Shown piece by piece: positions 27,096 to 37,273 of a DNA stretch of 50,848 nucleotides. Every line of letters begins with the position of its first letter. Position 1 is the stretch's first letter. A model generated the notes under the pieces. That model was not told the origin of the DNA, made no database searches, and worked only from the letters and a program-made list of their open reading frames with translations. The position numbers and the translations under genes were made by a program. The DNA comes from a virus. The DNA is taken from the IMG/VR virus record IMGVR_UViG_3300045988_066011; one strand, given 5' to 3'.

Positions 27096-30000
27096 TTGGG
27101 CTATGATGGCACTCTTAAATTTGATACGTCGGTAGACTCCAGCGGGTTTCAAGCAGGCATCGACAAAATAGGAAAATTCGCATCTGGAGCATTAAAAGCC
27201 ACAGGGGCAATCATCGGAGGCGTATCCACAGCGGTAGCCGGAATCGGAACAGCTGCAGTTAAAACTGGTGCAGACTTTGAATCATCTATGTCAAACGTAG
27301 CAGCAATATCACAGGCAAGCGCAAAAGACATGGAAGCGTTGACCGAAAAGGCTAAGGAAATGGGAGCCAAAACGAAGTTCAGCGCAAAAGAATCAGCAGA
27401 TGCGTTTTCATATATGGCCATGGCTGGATGGAAAACCGGAGATATGCTTAACGGTATTGAAGGAATTATGAACCTTGCGGCAGCATCCGGAGAAGATTTA
27501 GCAACAACCAGCGATATTGTAACCGATGCACTGACAGCATTCGGATTAAAAGCATCAGACGCATCTCATTTTGCCGATATATTGGCACAAGCTTCATCAA
27601 ATTCCAATACTAACGTAGGAATGATGGGAGAGACTTTCAAGTACGTAGCACCGGTGGCTGGAGCACTGGGATTCTCGGCGGAGGATTGTGCAACAGCAAT
27701 CGGACTCATGGCAAATTCAGGTATCAAAGCAAGCCAAGCAGGTACATCACTGAGAAGCATCATAACAAGAATGGCTAAGCCGACTGATGATGTCCAAAAA
27801 GCAATGAGCCAATTAGGAATTTCCTTGACAAAAAGCGACGGTTCAATGAAGTCTCTGAATGAGATTATGCTTGACCTGCGCAAGGGATTCTCAGGACTTA
27901 CAGCAGACCAAAAAGCTCAAATGGCTGCCACACTCGGAGGACAGGAAGCAATGTCGGGATTGCTTGCTATTGTAAATTCCTCTGATGATGATTTTGATAA
28001 GCTGTCAAGCTCTATCAACTCCTGTGACGGAGCGGCAGAGAAAATGGCTGAGACCATGAATGACAATCTGAGCGGTCAGATAACAATCCTCAAATCAGGC
28101 CTTGAAGGGCTTGCTATCTCATTGTATGAGGAGATGGAGACACCGCTTATGGGTGTCGTAAAACAGGCTCAGGAGATGGTGCAGGAGCTACAGGATGCAT
28201 TCAACGATGGAGGACTTGATGCCGTTGTAAGTAAATTCGGCGAAGTAATGGCAGAAATAGTCCAGAAGGCAGCCGAAGCAGCCCCAGAGCTGATAGGAGT
28301 GGCGAAGAACCTTATAAGCTCTTTTGTAAGCTCTATTCTCAACAATAAAGAAGAAATAGCAAACGCAGGAGCTACATTAGTATCTGATCTAGTGGAAGCT
28401 CTTTTTTCAGTATCAGGGGAAATGTTGTCAGCAGGCATTGAATTATTCGCTCAGTTTCTGCAAGGAATGGTGACACATGCGCCTGAATTAGGAAAATCCT
28501 TTGCTGAGATGCTATCGTCAATAGGAAACTCAGTACAGGAAAACATGCCGTTGATTATACAGGCGGCAAAAGATTTTGTGGCAGGATTCAGCCAAGGACT
28601 GCAACAGGAGTTTCCGGGAGTTGGAGCTCTAATTGGTGGATTTCTGCAGGGATTCATTGGCACAGCAGGAGATATCATAGAGGGCATAGTTGATGTGCTG
28701 TCTGGCATCTTCGGAGTAATTGACTCTCAGGATCCGGCAACAATGGAAGCTGTCGGAGAGGCTATCGGAAAGATAGTAGCTGCAATAGTAGCACTAAAGG
28801 CAGCAAAAGAAGTGACAAGCTCAGTAAGTGGGCTCTTTAGCATCCTCAAGACATTTAAGGGAGGAGCAGACGGAATTGTGACAACCATCTCTAAGGTTGT
28901 GGAAGGCTTTGCACTTTGGAAAGGCGGGGCTGGAACAATTGGAGAAGTTATAGAGTTACAATTTCCGAAATTGGCAGCCTTTGGTGCAAAAATATCCGGT
29001 CTTGCCGGTACTGTTTCGTCAGTTGTATCTAAAATAGGCGGATTCATAAGTTCAGCGGCGACAACTGTCGGAGAGTTTTTCAGCACATTTGGAAGCACCA
29101 TAGCCGGTGTGGGTTCGATAATAGCCGGAGCAATTTTAGCAGTGACTAATTTTGTAGACATGTTCCGAAACGGCTTCAGCATAATTAAGGACATCCTGAT
29201 GGGAGTTGGAATTGCTTTAGCAGCGGTAGGAGCAGTCCTGATAGGTGCACCAGCAGCGGTAGCGGCAGCAGTAGCCGGAATTGTGTATGCAGTTGCAAAT
29301 CTTGTAATCTTGATAAAAGAGCATTTTGATGAGATAGTTGCATTCCTGCAAAGCCTTCCGGAGAAGATAGGCGAATTTATCAATTCGGTTGCCACGTGGT
29401 TTGAGCAATTACCGCAAAAGGCAGGAGAGGCTGTTAATGCGGTCAGAACGTGGTTTGAACAGCTACCCGGACAAATATATAACTTCCTGACTCAAATTAT
29501 CTCTAACATAGCAGAATGGGGCGCAAACATGCTACAGACTGCGAGCCAAGGAGCAAGCAACGTTATAACAACAGTTGTAACCTTCTTCAATCAGTTGCCA
29601 GACGAGATAGGACATGCCTTAGGCTACGTTATCGGCAAGATGATAGAGTTTGGACTAAATGCAATCAACTGGGTGACCACTGAGGTGCCTAAAATCATAG
29701 AGAATATAGTTACTTTTTTCTCTGAACTACCCGGCAAAGTATGGACATGGCTTTGTAATACAATCACCAACATCGTAAACTGGGGCATTGATATGTACCA
29801 GAAGGCCAGCCAATATGCTTCAAATGCGATAGATGCAGTTGTCAACTTCTTTACTACACTGCCAGGAAAAGTATGGACATGGCTGACTAACACGATATCA
29901 AAGATTGTAGCTTGGGGCTCAAGCATGGTTTCCAATGCGAAAACAGCAGCATCTAACACAATATCATCAGTTGTCAACTTTTTTGCTACTTTACCAGGAA

Positions 30001-30638
30001 AAGTGTGGACATGGTTAGGTGATACGGTTAATAAAGTTGCTTCATGGGGAGCAAACCTCAGATCTAAAGGTGCTGAGGCGGCCGGAAATCTTGTAGGAGC
30101 AGTAGTCAGCGGAGTCGGCAGTCTGCCGAGCCGAATGCTTGAAGTTGGAAAAAATATAGTTCATGGTGTTTGGAATGGAATATGCAATGCGGCCGGATGG
30201 TTCAAGAGCCAGGTTAGAAGCTTCTTCTCTGGAATTGTTGATGGAGTAAAAGATGCCCTTGGTATTCATTCTCCATCACGTGTGTTTGCTGATGAAGTCG
30301 GAAAATGGATTCCGCCCGGAATTGGTGAAGGAGTATCGGATCAGATGCCAAAACTGGAAAAGCAGACCGAATCGGAAATGCAGGAACTTGCAAAAAAAAT
30401 GCAGACAGCAGTAAATGTCGAGACCGGAAAGATTACACTTGATAAAAACGTAGAGCAGACGTACAAGGTTGACCAGGAAAACGGACAGTCTTTTGATGAT
30501 CGCAAGACAGAGGTGGTTATCGAAGGAGAAACACACGTACATGTTGATCTGGACGGCAAGGAGATTGCAGAAGTAACTACGCCGTACATCGATGAAAATC
30601 TCGGAAAGAGATATGATCTGGAGGAAAGAGGTGTATAA
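27096..30638 (+). CDS. Tail tape measure protein
   Basis: 1180 aa, TTG start after gagaggtg. TP901-type core (KFSAKESADAFSYMAMAGW...ATTSDIVTDALTAFGL), hydrophobic central segments, and 44-aa tandem repeats containing LPGKVWTW. Confidence 0.9.
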   Translation: MGYDGTLKFDTSVDSSGFQAGIDKIGKFASGALKATGAIIGGVSTAVAGIGTAAVKTGADFESSMSNVAAISQASAKDMEALTEKAKEMGAKTKFSAKESADAFSYMAMAGWKTGDMLNGIEGIMNLAAASGEDLATTSDIVTDALTAFGLKASDASHFADILAQASSNSNTNVGMMGETFKYVAPVAGALGFSAEDCATAIGLMANSGIKASQAGTSLRSIITRMAKPTDDVQKAMSQLGISLTKSDGSMKSLNEIMLDLRKGFSGLTADQKAQMAATLGGQEAMSGLLAIVNSSDDDFDKLSSSINSCDGAAEKMAETMNDNLSGQITILKSGLEGLAISLYEEMETPLMGVVKQAQEMVQELQDAFNDGGLDAVVSKFGEVMAEIVQKAAEAAPELIGVAKNLISSFVSSILNNKEEIANAGATLVSDLVEALFSVSGEMLSAGIELFAQFLQGMVTHAPELGKSFAEMLSSIGNSVQENMPLIIQAAKDFVAGFSQGLQQEFPGVGALIGGFLQGFIGTAGDIIEGIVDVLSGIFGVIDSQDPATMEAVGEAIGKIVAAIVALKAAKEVTSSVSGLFSILKTFKGGADGIVTTISKVVEGFALWKGGAGTIGEVIELQFPKLAAFGAKISGLAGTVSSVVSKIGGFISSAATTVGEFFSTFGSTIAGVGSIIAGAILAVTNFVDMFRNGFSIIKDILMGVGIALAAVGAVLIGAPAAVAAAVAGIVYAVANLVILIKEHFDEIVAFLQSLPEKIGEFINSVATWFEQLPQKAGEAVNAVRTWFEQLPGQIYNFLTQIISNIAEWGANMLQTASQGASNVITTVVTFFNQLPDEIGHALGYVIGKMIEFGLNAINWVTTEVPKIIENIVTFFSELPGKVWTWLCNTITNIVNWGIDMYQKASQYASNAIDAVVNFFTTLPGKVWTWLTNTISKIVAWGSSMVSNAKTAASNTISSVVNFFATLPGKVWTWLGDTVNKVASWGANLRSKGAEAAGNLVGAVVSGVGSLPSRMLEVGKNIVHGVWNGICNAAGWFKSQVRSFFSGIVDGVKDALGIHSPSRVFADEVGKWIPPGIGEGVSDQMPKLEKQTESEMQELAKKMQTAVNVETGKITLDKNVEQTYKVDQENGQSFDDRKTEVVIEGETHVHVDLDGKEIAEVTTPYIDENLGKRYDLEERGV

Positions 30639-30639
30639 C

Positions 30640-31344
30640 ATGACAGGAGTTAAATTTGGTGAATATCACACTTATGACGAGTGGCGGTTGAGACTGACTA
30701 AAATTACAATTGGATTGCCAGAACCTAAGACGGTGCTGATTGAAATCCCGGGAGGGGACGGAGTTCTTGATCTGAGCGAGTCCCTGACTGGGAAAATGCA
30801 GTATAACACAAGAAAACTGGAGTTTGAGTTTGATGCAAGGGATCGCAAGTATGCTGACTGGCTGGATCTGATAAGTAATATCGCCGGGAAGATACACGGA
30901 AAAAGAATGAGGATCACATTGGATACAGATCCTTGTTATTACTACGATGGAACGATAGAGATATCTACATCGAAGTCGAATGAAGTGTCAGCGAAAGTTG
31001 TGATATCTGCAAATTGCCAGCCGTATAAAATGGAATTATCCGGAAGTCTTGAAGATTGGATATGGGATACGTTCAGCTTTGAAACTGGAATAATACGAGA
31101 GTATGGAAATATCGCAGTAGATGGCAAATTAGAGTTTGTCATATGCGGAAACCAGAAAGAGGTTGTGCCTATATTCTATGTGGAAGAAGCTAACGGATTA
31201 AAGGTCGAGTTTGAGAAAACAACGTATGACCTTAAAAATGGTGAAAATAAGCTGCTTGAAATTATCATCAAAGCTGGTGAAAACAAGCTGACCTTTACTG
31301 GGAAAGGGAAAGTATCTATTGACTACAGAGGAGGGATGATCTGA
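30640..31344 (+). CDS. Distal tail protein (Dit)
   Basis: FGEYHTYDEWRLRL...IPGGDGVLDLSE...LEFEF is typical of the siphovirus tail-component family. Confidence 0.7.
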   Translation: MTGVKFGEYHTYDEWRLRLTKITIGLPEPKTVLIEIPGGDGVLDLSESLTGKMQYNTRKLEFEFDARDRKYADWLDLISNIAGKIHGKRMRITLDTDPCYYYDGTIEISTSKSNEVSAKVVISANCQPYKMELSGSLEDWIWDTFSFETGIIREYGNIAVDGKLEFVICGNQKEVVPIFYVEEANGLKVEFEKTTYDLKNGENKLLEIIIKAGENKLTFTGKGKVSIDYRGGMI

Positions 31345-32765
31345 TGTATACAGTTTATGCGGATGGAGAAATCATATACTCTCCTCTTCTTGCTGCTAAT
31401 GATGGGTATGCGTTTGTATCCGCAAAAGTAATAAGAGAGCTTAACAAAGCTGGTTCATTCCGGTTTACAATGCCGCCGAATAATGTGGCGTATGGAAAAA
31501 TTAATAAATTGGCTACGATTATATCAGTAGTATCGTCTGATAATCCTATGTATGTTTTAAAGAATGCTGATAAGACGAGCGAAGGCCCAGCAACTTCCAT
31601 ACCAACTACTGTTATATATGGTGGAGCAACCGTAGATCCAGCAACGGGAAAAATTACACTTGCAAGTCCATTAAATAGAGAGGGCTCGTCGAGTTCAGAG
31701 ATATGTTCAAATTATAAACAATATCCATATTTTTATGGAGATTTGAAAGATGGAACTGAGGATTCTACGGTATACAGATTCACATCTGCAAGTTACACGG
31801 TATCAACGGGAAGCATAACATTCAGAATGTATTCCTACACCTATTATAGCCAAACATTTGAAAAATCGGTTCAGTCTAAAGAGCTGTTTCATGGAAGGCT
31901 ACTGAATACGGAAAAGGATTTCTATAAGCGGCAGAAAGCAGTGTGTGAGGGAGAACTTGCGTATTTAGTTGATTCCATTCAACGCCCATACGATTATGCC
32001 GGAGATCTGCCAGGGTTGTTCAAGCAATATATAAATAATCATAATGAGCAAGTGGATGAAGAAAAAAAGTTTGCGATTGGAGAAATCACAGTTACCGATT
32101 CAAATAATTACGTCCATTATAGTTCGACTGTCTATCCGGACACTTTGAACGAGATCAAGGAAAAGCTTATCAACACGCATGGAGGATATCTTAGAACAAG
32201 GATATCAGAAAGCAAGAAATACATTGATTATGTGACAAAGCCAGGTAAGACAAATTCTCAGGTTATTGAGTTCGGAACCAATCTACTTGATATTACCGAA
32301 TATATAACAGCAGAGAATGTTTTTACCGTGCTGATACCGCTTGGAGAAAGGCAGAAAGATTCTTCCGGAAATGAAACTGGCAGGTTGACCATAGCAGAAG
32401 TAAACGATGGAAAAGATTACATCGAAAGTGAAACAGGAATTAAGTTGTTCGGTAGGATTACAAAGACTCATGAGTGGGATGATGTTACAGATGCAAACAA
32501 TCTACTCAAAAAAGGAAAAGTATACCTTGATGATGGGATTTCAATGTCAGTTTCACTCAAAGTTAAAGCTGTAGACTTGCATCTGATCAATGTAAACACA
32601 GAGATCATATCTGAAGGGGATGAAGTAAGAGTTGTATCCCCTCCGCATGGCATAGACACCTATTTTCTGTGCACAAAAATAGAAATTGATTTACTGACGC
32701 CGGATAATTCAGTGTATGAATTCGGCGTTTCTTTTTCCACGTTAACCGGAAAACTTAATAAGTAA
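31344..32765 (+). CDS. Tail-associated protein (Tal / prophage tail endopeptidase-family N-terminus)
   Basis: ATGA overlap with Dit. The N-terminus (YADGEIIYSPLLAANDGYAFVSAKVIRELNKAGSFRFTMP) is typical. Confidence 0.6.
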   Translation: MYTVYADGEIIYSPLLAANDGYAFVSAKVIRELNKAGSFRFTMPPNNVAYGKINKLATIISVVSSDNPMYVLKNADKTSEGPATSIPTTVIYGGATVDPATGKITLASPLNREGSSSSEICSNYKQYPYFYGDLKDGTEDSTVYRFTSASYTVSTGSITFRMYSYTYYSQTFEKSVQSKELFHGRLLNTEKDFYKRQKAVCEGELAYLVDSIQRPYDYAGDLPGLFKQYINNHNEQVDEEKKFAIGEITVTDSNNYVHYSSTVYPDTLNEIKEKLINTHGGYLRTRISESKKYIDYVTKPGKTNSQVIEFGTNLLDITEYITAENVFTVLIPLGERQKDSSGNETGRLTIAEVNDGKDYIESETGIKLFGRITKTHEWDDVTDANNLLKKGKVYLDDGISMSVSLKVKAVDLHLINVNTEIISEGDEVRVVSPPHGIDTYFLCTKIEIDLLTPDNSVYEFGVSFSTLTGKLNK

Positions 32766-32775
32766 GGAGGATAAG

Positions 32776-34098
32776 ATGACAGATATAACAGAATTGTTGA
32801 GGAATATAAAAACGAAAGTGTATGGCAAGGATGTTCGGCAGGCCATTCATGATGCGATACAGCAGTGCTACCTGGATGGGAGAGTAGGCGCTATTGATAT
32901 GGTTGCGAGGAATCAGATCAGCAATCTAGTGGCAGAAAACAATGATACATCAGGTAATAGCGAGTTGACTGATATTCGAGTTGGAGTGGACGGAACGAGA
33001 TATGGGTCTGCCGGCGAAGCTGTACGAAAACAGGTTGGCTCAATCAAAACTAGCCAGAAAGAGATTCGTGAACAGGTACCGATTCTTACAGGGCACATGA
33101 ATTCAGCAAGGAAAAGAATGACTGAGGATAAAGCAGATATGCGATTTTTCTCGTATGGATCAATCAGCAGCTCTGGCGAGATAATCGATTCACAAAAAGA
33201 AATTGTGTCGGTATTGTACAGCAGACACAAGAACGAGAGCATCACTCCGCCAGATGGGTATGAAATGAGAATTGCCTCATACTATTCGAGCAACGGTTCC
33301 TTAAACAGTATTGAAAATTGGACATCTAACACCACAATGTATAGCGCTGACAACGATTTTTTTATAGATAGAGTGTCCTTCCGAAGAAAAGACGGTGGGG
33401 ATATTTCTCTTACAGATTTGGAGGATGCTGTCTATACATCGATTGCTGATTTGAAGATATTCTATAACATTGCCGTTGCATTAGCTAGCTTGAAGAAAGA
33501 ACTGGAGGCAAAAATTACATCTGTAAGCAACAAAGTGGCTGCTGTACAAAGCGATTTAGATGCAGCACCGAACGATATCGTAAATCTACATGTTTGGGAA
33601 AAATTCAGTTCCAATCTGACTCCAAATCTGGCCGCAGAAAAAGCACTGAGTCTTGGGACTTGGCCAGCGGGTACTGCAGGAATGAAACCCGATTTTACAA
33701 TCAGTTACAGTGATGAAATAGGAAAAGCCGGAGGTGAGATTGTTCTAGCAGATCCGGTAAGGTCTTTTCATGTAACGAATTCTAGTGACTACAAAAAGTT
33801 AGATTTCTTAAGAGGCAAATATGTGAAAAAAGCTTCAGCGAGTGATGGGATTTTTAAAGTTGCTACTAATGCAACATTTACCGTAACAACGGAAAAGAAC
33901 ACGATTGAAATGTATGTTATGAAGTGTAGCGGTGCACAACATGTAGATTCCGTTGGATACACAGCAAGCTATGGACATGTAACGTCTGCAGACAGAAATG
34001 AATATCCGTCTGTCGGATTGCAAGATGGGTTCCGGTATGAATACAAGGGCACCATCGGACAGGCACTATCTAAAATTGAAAAAATAAACAGTAATTAA
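32776..34098 (+). CDS. Tail fibre / receptor-binding protein candidate
   Basis: N-terminus (VYGKDVRQAIHDAIQQCY...ELTDIRVGVDGTRYGSAGEAVRKQ) is common in Firmicutes phage baseplate and fibre proteins. Confidence 0.45.
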   Translation: MTDITELLRNIKTKVYGKDVRQAIHDAIQQCYLDGRVGAIDMVARNQISNLVAENNDTSGNSELTDIRVGVDGTRYGSAGEAVRKQVGSIKTSQKEIREQVPILTGHMNSARKRMTEDKADMRFFSYGSISSSGEIIDSQKEIVSVLYSRHKNESITPPDGYEMRIASYYSSNGSLNSIENWTSNTTMYSADNDFFIDRVSFRRKDGGDISLTDLEDAVYTSIADLKIFYNIAVALASLKKELEAKITSVSNKVAAVQSDLDAAPNDIVNLHVWEKFSSNLTPNLAAEKALSLGTWPAGTAGMKPDFTISYSDEIGKAGGEIVLADPVRSFHVTNSSDYKKLDFLRGKYVKKASASDGIFKVATNATFTVTTEKNTIEMYVMKCSGAQHVDSVGYTASYGHVTSADRNEYPSVGLQDGFRYEYKGTIGQALSKIEKINSN

Positions 34099-34114
34099 AG
34101 AGAAGGAGAGCAAC

Positions 34115-34615
34115 ATGAAAAACAGAAGTAAATTATTAGCAGTAGTTTGTGCAACAGTATTATCCATGTCTTGCGTGACACCCGCATTTGCGTGTACGCC
34201 AAAGCTTAACCCACCATCTGTGAAGATTCCAGATATCAATTTCGAGCCCGATGGTGCTTTAAAAGACGCAATCGACAACGCCGTAAAAAACTGGCTTGAG
34301 AAATGCGTCCTCGCTACTCCGGTGGTGAAATATGCATCTTACTACAAGAGATCGAGGTATTTTAACTATGCAGTTTTTTCAGCAAATTGGAACAAAGTAG
34401 AAAATGCTACGTCTTATAAAGTTAAAGTTACAAAAGCAGATGGATCTTACAAAGAATTTGATACAACGTATACATCATTTTATGCAATGAATTATACAGA
34501 TGAATTTTTTGCTGATGGAATGGATGATGCGACTGTAATGGTAAGAGCATACGGTGAAAATGGAACATTTAGTTTGTGGTCTAAAACAACCACTATTACT
34601 AGATTTAGATACTAG
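34115..34615 (+). CDS. Secreted Fn3-like protein (signal peptide)
   Basis: MKNRSKLLAVVCATVLSMSCVTPAFA is a signal peptide. WNKVENATSYKVKV is Fn3-like. Confidence 0.5.
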   Translation: MKNRSKLLAVVCATVLSMSCVTPAFACTPKLNPPSVKIPDINFEPDGALKDAIDNAVKNWLEKCVLATPVVKYASYYKRSRYFNYAVFSANWNKVENATSYKVKVTKADGSYKEFDTTYTSFYAMNYTDEFFADGMDDATVMVRAYGENGTFSLWSKTTTITRFRY

Positions 34616-34627
34616 GAGGGGGATAGC

Positions 34628-34933
34628 ATGATAAGAGGAACAACACCTAAGTTAGAGTTTATATTGCCATTTGACACATCACTGATTGCAGAGATGTATG
34701 TCACGATAGCACAAGGCGAAAAAACGGTGTTGGAAAAAACCTTGTCGGATTGCAGTTGTTCCGGAACATCCGTATCACTGACTCTGACACAAGAGGACAC
34801 GCTGAGATTGCAGCAACAGCCGCACTCACGGGCTGAGATGCAAATAAGAGTGCGGACTACAGCCGGAGAGGCTCTTGCATCCGACATCATGAGAGTATAT
34901 GTTGGCAGGATCCTGAAAGAAGGAGTGATTTGA
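34628..34933 (+). CDS. Hypothetical virion-module protein
   Basis: RBS aggaggg; 101 aa. Confidence 0.45.
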   Translation: MIRGTTPKLEFILPFDTSLIAEMYVTIAQGEKTVLEKTLSDCSCSGTSVSLTLTQEDTLRLQQQPHSRAEMQIRVRTTAGEALASDIMRVYVGRILKEGVI

Positions 34934-35190
34934 TGCGATTCGATGTAACTTTTCGCGAGCTTGATAAAAAGCAGATCAAGGTTGACTTTGAGCACTTCCA
35001 GATTGTATCCGACCATGCCGGAGTGGAGTACTACAAGGGCGATTACACGGTCACGCCAAAAATCGAAAAACAAGAGCTTGCGACACGCCAAAAGTTTCTG
35101 GCAGAAAATGTAAAAATCAAAGAAATTCCATTCTTCGAGGTGTCAAATCTTGAAGGTGGACAGACTGTATTTATTGGAAAGGAATTGTAA
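34930..35190 (+). CDS. Hypothetical virion-module protein
   Basis: ATGA overlap with the upstream gene; 86 aa. Confidence 0.45.
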   Translation: MMRFDVTFRELDKKQIKVDFEHFQIVSDHAGVEYYKGDYTVTPKIEKQELATRQKFLAENVKIKEIPFFEVSNLEGGQTVFIGKEL

Positions 35191-35193
35191 AAT

Positions 35194-35769
35194 ATGAGTA
35201 TTAATAAAGTAGTATATGGTGGAAAGACATTGATTGACTTAACAGGCGATACTGTGACTGCGGATAAGCTGTTAAGCGGTATCACGGCACATGGAAAAGA
35301 CGGAGAATTGGTCACAGGAACGTGCACGTTTGACGTAGATTCTAATGATGCCACTGTCGCAGTTGCGGAGATTTTAAAAGGCAAAACCGCCTACGCAAGA
35401 GGTACAAAGCTTGTCGGCACGATGCCGAATAATGGAGCTGTGACAGGATCTATCAAGACTCTGACAGACAGCTATGTGATTGCACAGGGCTACCATGATG
35501 GCTCTGGAAAGGTTGGGATTGATGCCACAGAAAAGAAGAAACTGACCGCTAATAATATCCGAGAGGGTGTGACCATCCTCGGAGTAAAAGGTACAATGAG
35601 CGGTAGTGAGGGAGTAAAGGCACAGGCTAAGACGGTCACTCCGTCAAGTGTACCGCAGACCATTATGCCGGATGCTGGATATACGCATCTGTCGCAGGTT
35701 ACAGTCGAAAAGATTCCTTACGTGGAGTCAGAAAACTCTGCCGGTGGAACTACAGTAACGATTGGTTAG
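35194..35769 (+). CDS. Tail fibre-like protein, paralog A
   Basis: Shares the N-terminal module (NKVxYxGKxLxDLTxDTVTADKLxSG) and the C-terminal module (GKTAY..G.KL.G.M.NNGAV...GYH.GSGKV...ILGV.G) with the next gene. Confidence 0.5.
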   Translation: MSINKVVYGGKTLIDLTGDTVTADKLLSGITAHGKDGELVTGTCTFDVDSNDATVAVAEILKGKTAYARGTKLVGTMPNNGAVTGSIKTLTDSYVIAQGYHDGSGKVGIDATEKKKLTANNIREGVTILGVKGTMSGSEGVKAQAKTVTPSSVPQTIMPDAGYTHLSQVTVEKIPYVESENSAGGTTVTIG

Positions 35770-35781
35770 GGGTAATTGAGT

Positions 35782-36939
35782 ATGACTGTAAATAAAGTGG
35801 AATATGCTGGTAAGGTATTACTTGATTTGACGGAGGACACGGTTACCGCAGACAAATTGATAAGTGGTGCGATTGCTCACGATAAAACTGGTGCAAAAAT
35901 TGTTGGTACGCTTGAGGATGTCGGTGATGGTAAATATATCTGGAAAAAGCATATTGGAAAGGTGTGGGACATTACACGCACACATCTCGGAACAACAGCA
36001 CCATCTGATTATTCGGGTTTTGTATATGGTTACTATATTGCAACAGATGATGGATATTTTCTGCTGAAAGGAAAAGAAGCTGTATTAGGTGACGGACTTA
36101 GTTATATCAAAGGAAAAGGTGCAGAAACACATCCTAAATCTGTGTATCAATTATCTAATACATATTCATATCCATCCGGATTTACGAAAAATTATTATAA
36201 ATTAGATATCGGTAATACCTATACAGAAGGAAAAGGAAGCTTCATTGGATATGTTTCTTCGGATGATTCAAGTGCTTATCCCGATGACGGGCTGAAAGAT
36301 GGTTACTATTATGTCAAGATTCAGGAAGGAACTTCTTCAGGAACAGATACATCAGATGCTACCGCTACTGCTTCAGATATTTTAACAGGCAAAACAGCAT
36401 ATGAAAAAGACGGAAAACTGACAGGTTCTATGCTGAACAATGGCGCGGTCGACAAATCTATCAGCAATAAATCGGAAAGCTATACAATCCCACAAGGATA
36501 TCACAATGGGTCAGGGAAAGTTGCTATCAGTGAGTCAGAACAGGCAAAGATTATTGCTTCCAATATCAAGAAAGGTGTTTCTATTCTTGGTGTGACGGGC
36601 TCATATGAAGCAACTGCATCAGGTGGCAATAACAACTGTGAAGCGTATCTTGTAGACGTATCAAACCCAACAGTATCTTTTAAGACAACATCTGGTGCAA
36701 TCAAAGCGTACGGTTACGCTTACGAGACTACAAAATCTCAGTGGGGTGGTTCGACTAATACAACCATGTATGCTTTCAATGGCACAAACTATTATAAATC
36801 AGCATTTTACGGTTCACCAACCGCAACAAACATCACACTTGGTATTTCTGGAGGAAAACTGACAGGTTTGCCGTCAGGATTAAGTGGTGGAACATTATTA
36901 GTTGTAAGAAAAACAGAACCGGAGCAGTCCGAAGAATAG
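35782..36939 (+). CDS. Tail fibre-like protein, paralog B (longer)
   Basis: Same modules as 35194..35769 plus insertions. An alternative TTG start lies at 35776. Confidence 0.5.
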   Translation: MTVNKVEYAGKVLLDLTEDTVTADKLISGAIAHDKTGAKIVGTLEDVGDGKYIWKKHIGKVWDITRTHLGTTAPSDYSGFVYGYYIATDDGYFLLKGKEAVLGDGLSYIKGKGAETHPKSVYQLSNTYSYPSGFTKNYYKLDIGNTYTEGKGSFIGYVSSDDSSAYPDDGLKDGYYYVKIQEGTSSGTDTSDATATASDILTGKTAYEKDGKLTGSMLNNGAVDKSISNKSESYTIPQGYHNGSGKVAISESEQAKIIASNIKKGVSILGVTGSYEATASGGNNNCEAYLVDVSNPTVSFKTTSGAIKAYGYAYETTKSQWGGSTNTTMYAFNGTNYYKSAFYGSPTATNITLGISGGKLTGLPSGLSGGTLLVVRKTEPEQSEE

Positions 36940-36952
36940 AGAGAATTTCAGC

Positions 36953-37258
36953 TTGACAGAAAAAGATCAGCTGAATCTTTTTGGAAAGAAAATGCAGTTG
37001 TTAGCTGGAGCGGAAAAGCTGGAGTATCACGAGGACGGTGAGCCGTGTAAATACTTCACAGCAGAGGACATGCAAAAAATCATAGAGAAAGCCATGTTCT
37101 GGGTATCGTACAATACCACATACTGCAATGCGCTCAATATGATGATTAAAGCAGCGACAAGCGCAGAGGAAGTAGAAAAGATGTCGTGGGGAATGGAAAT
37201 ACCGGAAGAGTTCCAGAATGAGGTATTGAAAGACTACATGAAGAAAATGGTTTTATAG
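36953..37258 (+). CDS. Hypothetical protein
   Basis: TTG start in the track; 101 aa. Confidence 0.35.
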   Translation: MTEKDQLNLFGKKMQLLAGAEKLEYHEDGEPCKYFTAEDMQKIIEKAMFWVSYNTTYCNALNMMIKAATSAEEVEKMSWGMEIPEEFQNEVLKDYMKKMVL

Positions 37259-37273
37259 ACCCGGAGGTGAGTT

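Noticed and set aside
28727-29395. 222-aa minus-strand ORF inside the tape measure gene, plus several shorter ones between 27149 and 30641
   Set aside because: These are shadow ORFs of the Ala/Gly-rich TMP coding frame. The TMP is continuous and carries family motifs.
32776-36939. Diversity-generating retroelement targeting the fibre genes
   Set aside because: There is no reverse transcriptase anywhere in the window and no near-identical template/variable repeat pair. The fibre paralogs are diverged at all base types.
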